Shown one piece after another: positions 15,838 to 24,985 of a DNA stretch of 64,000 bases. Below the pieces are notes generated by a model. It saw only the letters and a list, made by a program, of their open reading frames with translations. It was not told where the DNA came from and made no database searches. The stretch is from a virus. Its lineage: Duplodnaviria > Heunggongvirae > Uroviricota > Caudoviricetes. The stretch covers positions 19,394 through 83,393 of the IMG/VR virus record IMGVR_UViG_3300018432_000003; one strand, written 5' to 3'. The translations under genes were made by a program, and so were the position numbers. The first letter of the stretch is position 1. Each line of letters opens with the position of its first letter.

Positions 15838-16325
15838 GCATGTCTATCGAGCAAGCAGTTGACCGTGGTGCGCAGATGTTGTACGAGACTGTCGGCCCAC
15901 GTTGGGCTAACGGCATCGACTTGGAGACTCTGGACTTGGGTGACAGCACACTCTGTGTCCTCGGCCAGTTGTACGGCACATACGACAAGGGTGTTGAGGA
16001 ATTGTATGGCCCGAACTATTGGGAAGATTGGAAGGAAGGGTTCAACGTAGGACTGTTGGGTTGCAGTGCAGACGAACTCACTGATGAATGGAGGTATCGC
16101 ATCGACAATCTACAGAAGGCATACACTGGGTGGGATGACATACGAGAGGAAGGCTCCCACCTGTTCACTGTAAGTGCGAGGTTCACTGTACGAATCGGCC
16201 TGACGAAAGAGGAAATCGGTGGCCTGTACATTGAGGCGCAGAGGCAGAACACGACCCTGGAGGAACTGCTTGAAGATAAGATAGGACAGCAGGCAAGTGA
16301 AGCCAAGTATAGTCTGGAGGCATAG
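15834..16325 (+). CDS. hypothetical protein carrying one copy of a novel paralogous domain (..W.NG.DL.TLDLGD..C.LGQLYG.Y..G..)
   Basis: ANGIDLETLDLGDSTLCVLGQLYGTYDKGVEEL resembles domains in 16327-17106 and 53595-53975. Confidence 0.5.
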   Translation: MSMSIEQAVDRGAQMLYETVGPRWANGIDLETLDLGDSTLCVLGQLYGTYDKGVEELYGPNYWEDWKEGFNVGLLGCSADELTDEWRYRIDNLQKAYTGWDDIREEGSHLFTVSARFTVRIGLTKEEIGGLYIEAQRQNTTLEELLEDKIGQQASEAKYSLEA

Positions 16326-16326
16326 C

Positions 16327-17106
16327 ATGAGGTACGAGAACGAGGCAGTCAACAATGGTATCGAGCTACTGAACGAGTACTTCGGTAGCACGTCGTGGGT
16401 GAACGACGTTGACGTGGACAGGATAAACCAATACTCACTCACTGACTGTGTAATCACCCAGTTGTTCGGCGGATATAGTGACGGCATAGACATTCTCCTG
16501 TCGGACATCGACGAGGACAGTCAGGTGGATGTGCAGTACGACCACGGGTTCGATTGGGACGGTAGCTTCTCCCGACTGGACGACGAGTGGAAGTTGCGCA
16601 TACAAGACCTACAGGAAGGAAACATGGTCAGCGAAGTACCTAGCACTCACGCCGAAGCGGTGGACAACGGTGTTGAGAGGCTGAACGAGTACTTCGGCGG
16701 TACGCATTGGATTGATAACATCGACACGAGCATACTCGCTCAGCATAACCCACGCAAGTGTGTCATCGGACAGCAGTGGGATGGAGAGTTCATCATTGGT
16801 CTGGAGGCTCTCGGTATTCGGGACCATGCGAGTGACTACGGTTACTCCATCGGCATGTGGGGCAGTTACCAGGACTTGACGGATGAGTGGGTTGAGCGCA
16901 TTGAGAGTATGCGTGCTGAGAATCCTACCTCTCCTACCACGACACTCTCCCTGCACATCTGCACGACTGTCACGGTTGACGTGGATGACACTACGCTCGG
17001 TAGACTGTACCGTGAGGCTAGGGAGTACGGCGTTAACGTCGAGACTCTCTTGGAGGAACGATTCACTGAGGTTGCGATAGAGGCTACGCATGAGATTGAT
17101 GTCTAA
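16327..17106 (+). CDS. hypothetical protein with two tandem copies of the same paralogous domain
   Basis: NGIELLNEYFGSTSWVNDVDVDRINQYSLTDCVITQLFGGYSDG... and NGVERLNEYFGGTHWIDNIDTSILAQHNPRKCVIGQQWDG...; ATG 16327 (track 16297). Confidence 0.5.
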   Translation: MRYENEAVNNGIELLNEYFGSTSWVNDVDVDRINQYSLTDCVITQLFGGYSDGIDILLSDIDEDSQVDVQYDHGFDWDGSFSRLDDEWKLRIQDLQEGNMVSEVPSTHAEAVDNGVERLNEYFGGTHWIDNIDTSILAQHNPRKCVIGQQWDGEFIIGLEALGIRDHASDYGYSIGMWGSYQDLTDEWVERIESMRAENPTSPTTTLSLHICTTVTVDVDDTTLGRLYREAREYGVNVETLLEERFTEVAIEATHEIDV

Positions 17107-17134
17107 TCTAAAGCGTGCTGGCGAGTGGGGTCTG

Positions 17135-17163
17135 TTGACCCTGCTCGTCGGGTATGGTATACT
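17135..17163 (+). promoter_or_regulatory. sigma70-type promoter TTGACC-N17-TATACT
   Basis: gTTGACCctgctcgtcgggtatggTATACTc, 28 nt before AAGGAGG-ATG 17192. Confidence 0.5.
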
Positions 17164-17191
17164 CTGGTGGTACAGTCGATAAGGAGGCAAC

Positions 17192-17479
17192 ATGAACTGC
17201 GAGCATCGTCCCTGGCATGGTGTATGTTACGAGTGCATCGAGCTAAGGCAGGAGATTGAGGAAGCATACACTGAGATGGGCGAGATGCAGGCGTCACTGA
17301 ACACCGCACGTGAGACAATCGAACGGTTGCAGGAGGACAACAACGACAGCATGCATGACGTTCACACCCTAGCTATGCGTGAGGTTGAGACTATTGATGC
17401 TCTGAGGGAAGGGTTGAAGAACCCCAACCTCCTGCGTCTGGTCGTGCAGGGTATAATCTTCGACTACGAAGGAGAGTAA
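17192..17479 (+). CDS. hypothetical protein (95 aa), CxxC N-terminus, coiled coil
   Basis: ORF with SD AAGGAGG. Confidence 0.5.
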   Translation: MNCEHRPWHGVCYECIELRQEIEEAYTEMGEMQASLNTARETIERLQEDNNDSMHDVHTLAMREVETIDALREGLKNPNLLRLVVQGIIFDYEGE

Positions 17480-17647
17480 TGCTTACTGAGCAGACCATCA
17501 AAGATAACCTCAGCACAGCACAGCAGGGGCAGGATGCACTGTCGGAAGGAGGCATTGAGGAAGCATACGAAGCACTGGTGAGCATAAGAGAGGCTATGCA
17601 GTACATCCTTGAGAACTACAAGGTGCTGTTCATACCGAAAGGGGTAG

Positions 17648-17896
17648 GTGGTGAGTGATTATACTTGGGCGGAGATAGAGACTGCGAGAGACAAGCACCC
17701 AAGACCCTCGCGTGATGAGGAACTTGGCTGGCCGCGTAGAGTCGATGAGGCTGTCGATGAGATTGCCAGGGAGTTGGGGCTGACTCCTATAATGTATGCA
17801 GCTAAGCCTGACGCATACGCTAGGTACATCGCACCATACAGGCTTGAGATGTTGTTGGAGGCCATCAAAGCTGACAAGGAAGTGGGGCTGATATGA
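17648..17896 (+). CDS. hypothetical protein (82 aa)
   Basis: ORF (GTG start). Confidence 0.4.
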   Translation: MVSDYTWAEIETARDKHPRPSRDEELGWPRRVDEAVDEIARELGLTPIMYAAKPDAYARYIAPYRLEMLLEAIKADKEVGLI

Positions 17897-18273
17897 AGGT
17901 AACGACTGTAAACATGGCGGGTCCGAATAATGGGCTGGAACTCCCTGGCACGCACTTCAAGGGTACTGAGCAGACGCATCCTTCTTTGGAGGCTGCTATG
18001 GAGTACATCAATGAGCACGTGCAGGATTACTACCTAGGTAACATAACCTACATACCAGTCATCACGTCCGTCGAGGACACGGCGAGGGAGCAGTTCATAG
18101 AGGATGCGAAAGGTGCCATAGATGCCTTCGCTGGTGCGCTTAACCACATGAGTGACAACAACCCTCACTTGCGGAAAGTGAATGGAGTGTGGAGGTACAC
18201 CGACGCCCTAGACGGTACCAAGGTGAGGGCCGAAATCAAGGTAGAGCAGCGATATGGCACTGACTACCGCTGA
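17893..18273 (+). CDS. hypothetical protein (126 aa)
   Basis: ORF. Confidence 0.5.
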   Translation: MKVTTVNMAGPNNGLELPGTHFKGTEQTHPSLEAAMEYINEHVQDYYLGNITYIPVITSVEDTAREQFIEDAKGAIDAFAGALNHMSDNNPHLRKVNGVWRYTDALDGTKVRAEIKVEQRYGTDYR

Positions 18274-18508
18274 GCTAGAGTACGTGCAGTACGACTACGA
18301 ATTGGAGGACAGGATGACTGTACAGGAAGTGCTCGTATCTGCGGAGCGCATGGCTGACCATCTCGGCATTGACATCACAATCCCGGCAGTGTTGGAGTTC
18401 GGTGACTTGGAGGATATCACCTGGACGTTCGACCTGTACGGGTACGGCGAGTACGGTGAGGAAATCAAGAATCGTTACATACATGCAGAAGGGGCTATGG
18501 CCGCATGA
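18254..18508 (+). CDS. hypothetical acidic protein (84 aa)
   Basis: ORF. Confidence 0.45.
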   Translation: MALTTAELEYVQYDYELEDRMTVQEVLVSAERMADHLGIDITIPAVLEFGDLEDITWTFDLYGYGEYGEEIKNRYIHAEGAMAA

Positions 18509-18682
18509 CATTAGTATGGCTGGTCATGTTGGTGTCCTGCGTCCAGAGCATATGGGGGTTCCTGGTAGGAGTGCTGCTACTCTTCCTAGGCATACTCTCA
18601 GGGGCAGAGGAAGCGCCCATACTAGCTGTAATCCTGTTCGTCACAGGATGCATACTCGTAACGGTGAGCGTAGTTTCTTAGG
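18506..18682 (+). CDS. small two-TM membrane peptide (~58 aa)
   Basis: MTLVWLVMLVSCVQSIWGFLVGVLLLFLGIL...; preferred over overlapping R/S-rich track ORF 18369-18695. Confidence 0.3.
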
Positions 18683-18783
18683 AGGTGTTGTATGAGGTGG
18701 AGACTTTCCTTGTAATCTTAGCGTTAATCATACTGATGTTGCTCGCTTACTACGGGTCATCAACGAAGAAACAATAGGAGGTA

Positions 18784-19170
18784 ATGATGCTTAGGGTTTT
18801 AGACGATTTTGATTGGCAGGAGGCGTTCGAGTATGGGGTCAGCCCTCGCGGTGCAGTCCCTACTGAGGAATACGACCTCTCTGACGTTAAGATAGAGGAT
18901 GTTGCGGTCGTACTGTGGATGGATGAAGGCGAGAACGACGGTCCTGACTGGATAATCGCTGGCGTCCTGAATGACAACCGAGGGTTCTTCCTGTCGGCTG
19001 GCTGCGACTACACTGGTTGGGACTGTCAGGCTGGTGGTGAGGCTGTCGTATGCAACAGCATTGAAGAGATGCTGATGTTCGCTATAGACGACGGTAACAA
19101 GGACAGGTTCGGGATATACATGCTAGGGCATGAGTCCATCAACACGGAGGACATATACGATGTGGATTGA
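18784..19170 (+). CDS. hypothetical acidic protein (128 aa)
   Basis: ORF with AGGAGG SD. Confidence 0.5.
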   Translation: MMLRVLDDFDWQEAFEYGVSPRGAVPTEEYDLSDVKIEDVAVVLWMDEGENDGPDWIIAGVLNDNRGFFLSAGCDYTGWDCQAGGEAVVCNSIEEMLMFAIDDGNKDRFGIYMLGHESINTEDIYDVD

Positions 19171-19345
19171 GGAAGTGAGCAACTACGGCAAGGAAGTGAC
19201 GTTCGGCACTACTGGTTCGCTTGCGCCTGTGCTAACTGAGGCTGTTGAGTATGCAGTGAAGTGGAACTTCAACATCGACGGAGTGAGCACACACATGGGT
19301 AACACATACGATGAAACCCTAGTGTCAGTGACGTACACAGACTGA
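19160..19345 (+). CDS. hypothetical protein (61 aa)
   Basis: ATGTGGATTGA start-stop overlap (track frame 19130). Confidence 0.4.
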   Translation: MWIEEVSNYGKEVTFGTTGSLAPVLTEAVEYAVKWNFNIDGVSTHMGNTYDETLVSVTYTD

Positions 19346-19755
19346 TGCTAGAAAAAGCCTTACATAAAGGGGTTGTGATGACCATACCTGTAGTGAAGTG
19401 GAACATGTTCGGTAGCGCGAAGAAGGTTGCCGACTGGTTCAAGGAGCATGTGGGATTTTACGTTGGGGCTGTTGAGGAACCAGAGGACTGCCCGCTGAAG
19501 AATTACCTGAAGGAGACTCACCCGAACATCGACGACATATCCGTAGGTGACACGTACACTACGTACAGGAACAGCAGGGGTGAGACTGTACGCATACAAA
19601 ACCCACAGTGGGCTGGCAAGTTCGTCCGTACACTCGACCGTGAGTGTGGCACGTACATAGATGATGACGTGTACGGTGAGGAAGTGTTCGTACCGGATGT
19701 CACTGGTGGACAGGCGTTGAACATACTGAGGAAGGTGACTAACTACCGTGTTTGA
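19345..19755 (+). CDS. hypothetical protein (136 aa)
   Basis: ORF; alt start 19378. Confidence 0.45.
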   Translation: MLEKALHKGVVMTIPVVKWNMFGSAKKVADWFKEHVGFYVGAVEEPEDCPLKNYLKETHPNIDDISVGDTYTTYRNSRGETVRIQNPQWAGKFVRTLDRECGTYIDDDVYGEEVFVPDVTGGQALNILRKVTNYRV

Positions 19756-20056
19756 GCGTATAAGGCAGAGAACGCAGGAGTTGAAGGACTACCATTCCAT
19801 CATAGGATGGGACGACTATCCACTGGCAGCACGCACTGAGAACGGCTTGAAAGTGTTGGACTACGTGCCTAACGAGAACCCTGATTTCAGTGGTCAGGGT
19901 GGACTGATGTGGAAGGTGTACTACTACAAGAAGTCCGGTGAGTTCCAGACATTCGGCCCGATGGATACACGTGAACTCCGGCAGATGCATACCGAACTGT
20001 ACATGGCACCAATTGACTGGACCAACCACGGAGTAGACGCAAGGGAGGTAGGATGA
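19748..20056 (+). CDS. hypothetical protein (102 aa)
   Basis: ORF. Confidence 0.45.
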   Translation: MFERIRQRTQELKDYHSIIGWDDYPLAARTENGLKVLDYVPNENPDFSGQGGLMWKVYYYKKSGEFQTFGPMDTRELRQMHTELYMAPIDWTNHGVDAREVG

Positions 20057-20301
20057 GCGTCACGATAGAGGATGCCTATGCATTAGGCTACAAGTTTGCC
20101 TACATCAAAACCCCTGCTGGAGGGATTCTACGTAAGTTGATGATGCAACGCATACCAAACACTGGTGAGCGAGTTGCTTGGGGCAATCAATCATACAAGG
20201 TTGCTAACATAATGACTGTGGTTTCCCCGGAGGGTGAGGACAGGGTGGCAGGGTATGACTTGCCTGTAGCTACGTACATCATATTCGTGGAGATGCCATA
20301 A
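20053..20301 (+). CDS. hypothetical protein (82 aa)
   Basis: ORF. Confidence 0.45.
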   Translation: MSVTIEDAYALGYKFAYIKTPAGGILRKLMMQRIPNTGERVAWGNQSYKVANIMTVVSPEGEDRVAGYDLPVATYIIFVEMP

Positions 20302-20513
20302 TGCATAGAGTACACACTATAAACGGTGAAGTGTCCAACAAGGATATGGTGCTGAACGTGGCACGTAACCTACTCACGATTGCGGAGGTGGTAATCAGCG
20401 AGATTGAGGACTTCGACCAATTGGACGAGACTGACTTGCAATGGTTTGCCGAGAGAGTGAGCGAAGAGAACTACGTCATTGAACAGCTACATGAGGATTG
20501 GAAGGCACAGTAA
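20301..20513 (+). CDS. hypothetical acidic protein (70 aa)
   Basis: ORF. Confidence 0.45.
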   Translation: MHRVHTINGEVSNKDMVLNVARNLLTIAEVVISEIEDFDQLDETDLQWFAERVSEENYVIEQLHEDWKAQ

Positions 20514-20956
20514 TGGGTTATTACAGGGTAGAGTACAGCAGCAACAATAGTGGCGGCAGTTGGTGGCTCTCTGACAGTGATTGGAAGGCGTTGGAGGATG
20601 CCGGTTGGGACGTTGATTGGTTTAAGGACGACGACTACCACAGCGGTGACAGGTTCCTAGACGGACTGGCATCTAGGGCGAGCAAGACCTTAGAGGCACC
20701 CAGTGAGGGACTCGCTGAGAACTGGGCGATAGCAGAGTGGGAAGAGATTACCGGAGAGTACTCAGAGGACAGCGGTTGCTCATGCTGCGGCCCGCCCCAC
20801 TACTTCTACACTGACGCAGTGGACGAGCCTGAGAAGAGTGACGAGGAACTGCTCGCTGACTTCGATGCTGCGGTGCGTGCATTGTATGATGATGGTTTCA
20901 GTGACATACAACTTACCACTAGGGTAGAGAACATATTCTATCGGGAGGATGTTTGA
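20513..20956 (+). CDS. hypothetical acidic protein (~147 aa)
   Basis: ATG 20513 overlapping upstream stop (track 20498). Confidence 0.45.
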   Translation: MGYYRVEYSSNNSGGSWWLSDSDWKALEDAGWDVDWFKDDDYHSGDRFLDGLASRASKTLEAPSEGLAENWAIAEWEEITGEYSEDSGCSCCGPPHYFYTDAVDEPEKSDEELLADFDAAVRALYDDGFSDIQLTTRVENIFYREDV

Positions 20957-21207
20957 TAGTACAGGCGTTTGGACTGGTGGGCGCAAGCCTAGTGTTGCTG
21001 GCACACTGGATGATATCAAGCGGTAGGTTTGCCCCTGCCAGTATTCAAGCGGTAGGGGTGAACATCATGGGTTCTGTGACTTTACTTGGTGTCGCCATAG
21101 AGACGTTCCAGATAGGGTACATAATCCTGAATGCCGCATGGTTCTTCATATCGGCCAGGATATACCTGAGAAGGGATAAGATAGCGTTCGAGGAAAGGTA
21201 CAAGTGA
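20953..21207 (+). CDS. membrane protein (84 aa, 3 predicted TM)
   Basis: Hydrophobic segments throughout. Confidence 0.45.
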   Translation: MIVQAFGLVGASLVLLAHWMISSGRFAPASIQAVGVNIMGSVTLLGVAIETFQIGYIILNAAWFFISARIYLRRDKIAFEERYK

Positions 21208-21232
21208 TGGACACACAGTTGATTAGTGATGC

Positions 21233-21907
21233 ATGCCTGACGTGGGGCACGTACGCATACGGTATAGCATGCACAGGTGGTGGCGTAGCCATAGGGGTAG
21301 CGTGGTGCAAGTGGCGGTGGTAGATTATACTCAGACGGATTACACTCAGGCTACACGTTCAGAGCTAGAGTGGTGGTTGCTGTTCAGTATAGCGGTGGCT
21401 GGCACTGGCAGTGACATGACTGCGAAGGCGTTAGGGAGGTTCAAGTTCTACATCGACAGCCCTGAGTTCCCTCTGATGCACATTGCAGACGTGCTGGAGG
21501 ATGACCCTGAAGTGTACGATTGGGCCATCTTCAACGCGAGGTTCAGGTTCATACAGAGGACTAAGCGTGCATTCGCTGACGCAGCACGTAGGTTCTGGTG
21601 CCGTGACCTGAGAGAGTTGACCGTCGATGAACTGGAGGAATGCTATGGAGTCGGACCTAAGACAGCGAGGTTCTTCCTCTTTACCGCTACCCCTGGCGCT
21701 AGATATGCAGCACTTGACACGCATATCCTCAAGTGGCTCTCTGCCCTCGGGTACCCCAACATACCGAAGAGCACGCCTAGCGGTAAGAATTACAAACGCA
21801 TTGAGCAATACTTCCTACAGGAAGCTGACGAGAGAGGAATTGAACCTTCGAAGCTAGACTTGGCAGTGTGGACTGCCTACAAGAATGGAGGTGTGTATGA
21901 AGGCTAG
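21233..21907 (+). CDS. HhH-GPD superfamily protein (endonuclease III-like base-excision glycosylase)
   Basis: ECYGVGPKTARFFL (HhH-GPD hallmark) and LDTHILKWLSALGY (cf. Nth VDTHIFRV); real start probably downstream near 21416. Confidence 0.55.
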   Translation: MPDVGHVRIRYSMHRWWRSHRGSVVQVAVVDYTQTDYTQATRSELEWWLLFSIAVAGTGSDMTAKALGRFKFYIDSPEFPLMHIADVLEDDPEVYDWAIFNARFRFIQRTKRAFADAARRFWCRDLRELTVDELEECYGVGPKTARFFLFTATPGARYAALDTHILKWLSALGYPNIPKSTPSGKNYKRIEQYFLQEADERGIEPSKLDLAVWTAYKNGGVYEG

Positions 21908-22151
21908 TGTGCTTGAGTTCTTAGCGATACTGTTACTTGGTGTCATGCTTGCTGTTGCAGGGTTGGGGTTGTTATCCGGCGCTACGGTTAGGTTGGGTGA
22001 CCCGCATGACAAGATAACGATTGAGCGATGGGACAACGACGAGTGTATAGTATTGGTGGACAACGGTGAGGAAGTTGCGCCAGTAGAGCCGCCATTCAGT
22101 TGTGCAGAGGCGCAGGATGAGTACCCGCAAGCTAACTATAGGGAGCTTTAA
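21897..22151 (+). CDS. small membrane/secreted protein
   Basis: ATG 21897 after GGAGGTG; N-terminal TM VLEFLAILLLGVMLAVAGLGLL. Confidence 0.4.
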   Translation: MKASVLEFLAILLLGVMLAVAGLGLLSGATVRLGDPHDKITIERWDNDECIVLVDNGEEVAPVEPPFSCAEAQDEYPQANYREL

Positions 22152-22152
22152 G

Positions 22153-22314
22153 ATGGAACCGACACTAGCTGATTTCGTGTGGTGGTTGGAGGAAGTAGGG
22201 ATGGTGTGGGACGACTACATGATGGAGACAATAGGAGACTTCGAGAGGTACTGGTATGAGGACTACGAGAAACTCCCACAGTACCCGCCGAACAGTGTGC
22301 CGATGGACTGGTAA
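22153..22314 (+). CDS. hypothetical small protein (53 aa)
   Basis: ATG 22153 (track 22102). Confidence 0.35.
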   Translation: MEPTLADFVWWLEEVGMVWDDYMMETIGDFERYWYEDYEKLPQYPPNSVPMDW

Positions 22315-22389
22315 TGACCCCAGGGGTGTTCATAGTAGTCATCCTAATGATGGCATGTGCAGCGGAGTGTGTAAATCGACTGTTAGGAG

Positions 22390-22608
22390 ATGAGGATGAG
22401 CGAGACTAAAAGGCTTAATGTAAAATCCACCGTAAAAAATTCTGGACTGTACATTGGTCACCATCTTTGCACTGCCAAACTTGAGAGCGGTGAGGAAGTT
22501 GACATGATTGGAGGACCTTACGACCTGATTGTACAGGTGTATGGCAGTGACAAGTCCGTACTGATAAGCTACGAGGACATCATTAGGGAGGTACTGAAAG
22601 TTGCCTGA
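22390..22608 (+). CDS. hypothetical protein (72 aa)
   Basis: ORF. Confidence 0.45.
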   Translation: MRMSETKRLNVKSTVKNSGLYIGHHLCTAKLESGEEVDMIGGPYDLIVQVYGSDKSVLISYEDIIREVLKVA

Positions 22609-22843
22609 GAACAAGTGGGCAGAAGCAGCACAGGCGGATACACAGGAGGTAGCTGATAGACTGTTCCGAGAGTTGTACATTGAGATGGCGAACACTGACC
22701 CATACGTAGACACTGATGCAATCAAGGAACGGGTCGTGTCAAACATACTCTGGATGTCAGGGTACTACGGCGAGGAAGTAAGCAAGCGGGCTGGTAGGTT
22801 CTACAGTCACAAGTCACCATACAGGAGGCAGTATGTACGATAA
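22601..22843 (+). CDS. hypothetical protein (80 aa)
   Basis: ORF. Confidence 0.45.
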   Translation: MPENKWAEAAQADTQEVADRLFRELYIEMANTDPYVDTDAIKERVVSNILWMSGYYGEEVSKRAGRFYSHKSPYRRQYVR

Positions 22844-23141
22844 CAGGGCAGACAACGTGCAGAACGCGATGGAAGAGGCTGTAGCTCTCTTGGAGAGGTT
22901 GCAGCAGGAAGTAGGCATCGAGGAAGAGTATGGGAGTGATATCGAGCAAGTCCTGTCGGACATGAGGTATGCGGACAGTGACCTCGACGACCTCGACACT
23001 GACCTCTACAATGCTGCGGAGTCTGAGGACTACGAGGAACGCGCTTCTGAGTTGGAGGAATTCATCAGCACCACGTCATCCGACATCGACAGCGTGATAG
23101 CGGACCTGGAGACTATACGTAGGGACTTGGATTATGCCTAG
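22833..23141 (+). CDS. highly acidic protein (102 aa; possible DNA mimic)
   Basis: About 35% D+E, helical. Confidence 0.45.
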   Translation: MYDNRADNVQNAMEEAVALLERLQQEVGIEEEYGSDIEQVLSDMRYADSDLDDLDTDLYNAAESEDYEERASELEEFISTTSSDIDSVIADLETIRRDLDYA

Positions 23142-23301
23142 GGTTAGAGCAGAAGAATACCCGGAGGATTCATTCAGGAGGATGCATCTAAGTAATCTTG
23201 CACTACTCTTGGATGGAGAGTACGACGGCGACGAGGAAAGTTACTTCGCTCTCGCCGGTTTCGCTTCACACGAATGGTTTGAGGAAAGGGGCATTGATTA
23301 T

Positions 23302-23755
23302 GTCTAGGATGCTTAGTGATGTACTGCGGAGTGACGAGTACAATCAAGGGAATGGCATGCTCTTCTACAAGGACGGTGACACTCAGCTTAACTGTTGCCT
23401 TGGTGTCATGGAGTGTGAGATGGGGATGGAGTTCACTCACGACGGGTACGACCTATGGCGTGACAACTTCGGTGGCACTGAGATGCCTAGGACCCTGGTG
23501 CTTGAGATTACGGCACTCGACTTCCAGATAACCGACGAGGAAATCCGTTACATTGAAGATGCATACGATGTTATGGACCTCACCGTTGAGTACACTCGCG
23601 CTAATGTGCTCGCCACTCTGAACGATGATGGTGTCAGCTTCATAGGCATCGCTGAGGCACTGGAGATACTAGGGTGGGACGTTGACCTAGACTACGCAAA
23701 GAGGGCGTTCGAGTCGCATATTGCTGGCGTAGGAGGTGTGAGTGTTAGAGTGTAA
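23302..23755 (+). CDS. hypothetical protein (~150 aa)
   Basis: ATG 23302 after GGAAAGGGG (track 23198). Confidence 0.45.
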
Positions 23756-23787
23756 GGTTACAGTCAGTGGCGTTTGAGTAGAAAGGA

Positions 23788-24477
23788 TTGTACGTGGGAT
23801 TAATGATGGAGGACCTTCCCGTTGAAGGGAAGATGGTAGAGAACATCCTGCATGTGTGGGACTCAGCTAACGAGCGTGACATCACGAACGGAACGTCATG
23901 GTATGAGAATACCCTGGCGTTATGCTCTGCACTCGCTGACATGTTCGACTACCCTGCCACTAACGTGGTTGGGGCATATGCAGTGATTAGCCCCGCTCTC
24001 GACAAAGAGATGAACGACAAGGCAATCATCAAGATGCTACCAGTCCATAAAGCAGGGTTGGACTTCGAAGATTGGTGCAGGGTTGGCACATACGGCAAGC
24101 GTAACCGTGCGAAGGCATACCAATGTCTCTCCGGTGACCTGTCGTATGTACGTGGCGAGAAGGTGACTGCCTTCTTCAACAACATCCTCGGCCTGCCACA
24201 GCGACCGACCATCGACAGGTGGGCGGTTAGGGTTGCACTGTTGGACCCTACGTTGAATGGTGACAAGATTGCAGTAGGGAGCAAGCGAGTCTACAACCAG
24301 ATTGCTGACGCATACATTGAGGCTGCTGAGAGGCGTGGAGTGACCCCGGCAGTCATGCAGGCCGTGACATGGGAGACATACAGGAACAGGCACTACGGTG
24401 CTGGAAAGCGTGGTGATAACGCCAAGCTGTACGGAGAGAAGTACGAGCAGCTACGGAAGGACATAGGTTTACAATGA
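23788..24477 (+). CDS. hypothetical protein (229 aa)
   Basis: ORF, no motif recognised. Confidence 0.5.
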   Translation: MYVGLMMEDLPVEGKMVENILHVWDSANERDITNGTSWYENTLALCSALADMFDYPATNVVGAYAVISPALDKEMNDKAIIKMLPVHKAGLDFEDWCRVGTYGKRNRAKAYQCLSGDLSYVRGEKVTAFFNNILGLPQRPTIDRWAVRVALLDPTLNGDKIAVGSKRVYNQIADAYIEAAERRGVTPAVMQAVTWETYRNRHYGAGKRGDNAKLYGEKYEQLRKDIGLQ

Positions 24478-24677
24478 CAGAGGACACGGCAATAGTCAGT
24501 CTCACTAAGGTGTGCGACAGTGCTGCGGAAGCTGGTATGTTCGCTGACCACATGGAAGGATACATCGGAGGGCTGACTGTAGGTGAGTGCATAACACGAA
24601 CCGACTACGGTAAGTGGCAAGTGACACTTTACGCACAGGGTGAACTCATAGAAGCATGGGAGGCGAACGTCTGGTGA
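24474..24677 (+). CDS. hypothetical protein (67 aa)
   Basis: ORF. Confidence 0.4.
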   Translation: MTEDTAIVSLTKVCDSAAEAGMFADHMEGYIGGLTVGECITRTDYGKWQVTLYAQGELIEAWEANVW

Positions 24678-24976
24678 GAATAACGGTTCGGATACCAGCC
24701 GAGCCACGGTTTGCTGCGAGGACTCTGCGTTTCATCGTGGAGTCCTTCTCTTACATGTACGGTGGTTCTACCATCACAGAGGCGAGAGGCACGTGGCTTG
24801 ACAACAACTGTGAGATGGTATATAATCGAGTGTGGGTTGTAGAGGCGTACGAGAACTACAACAAGGACATCGGCATAGTCGGTTGGGAGGTCTACGAGTT
24901 AGCTGAGGAAGCAAAGACCATACTCGGTGAGGACACTATAATGTATACAATCAACGACAATGCATACTTTTCTTAG
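24656..24976 (+). CDS. hypothetical protein (106 aa)
   Basis: ORF. Confidence 0.4.
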   Translation: MGGERLVRITVRIPAEPRFAARTLRFIVESFSYMYGGSTITEARGTWLDNNCEMVYNRVWVVEAYENYNKDIGIVGWEVYELAEEAKTILGEDTIMYTINDNAYFS

Positions 24977-24985
24977 GAGGAAGTA

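Noticed and set aside
18369-18695. 108-aa ORF (MTSQSRQCWSSV...)
   Set aside because: Arg/Ser-rich with no SD. The alternative frame encodes a convincing two-TM peptide.
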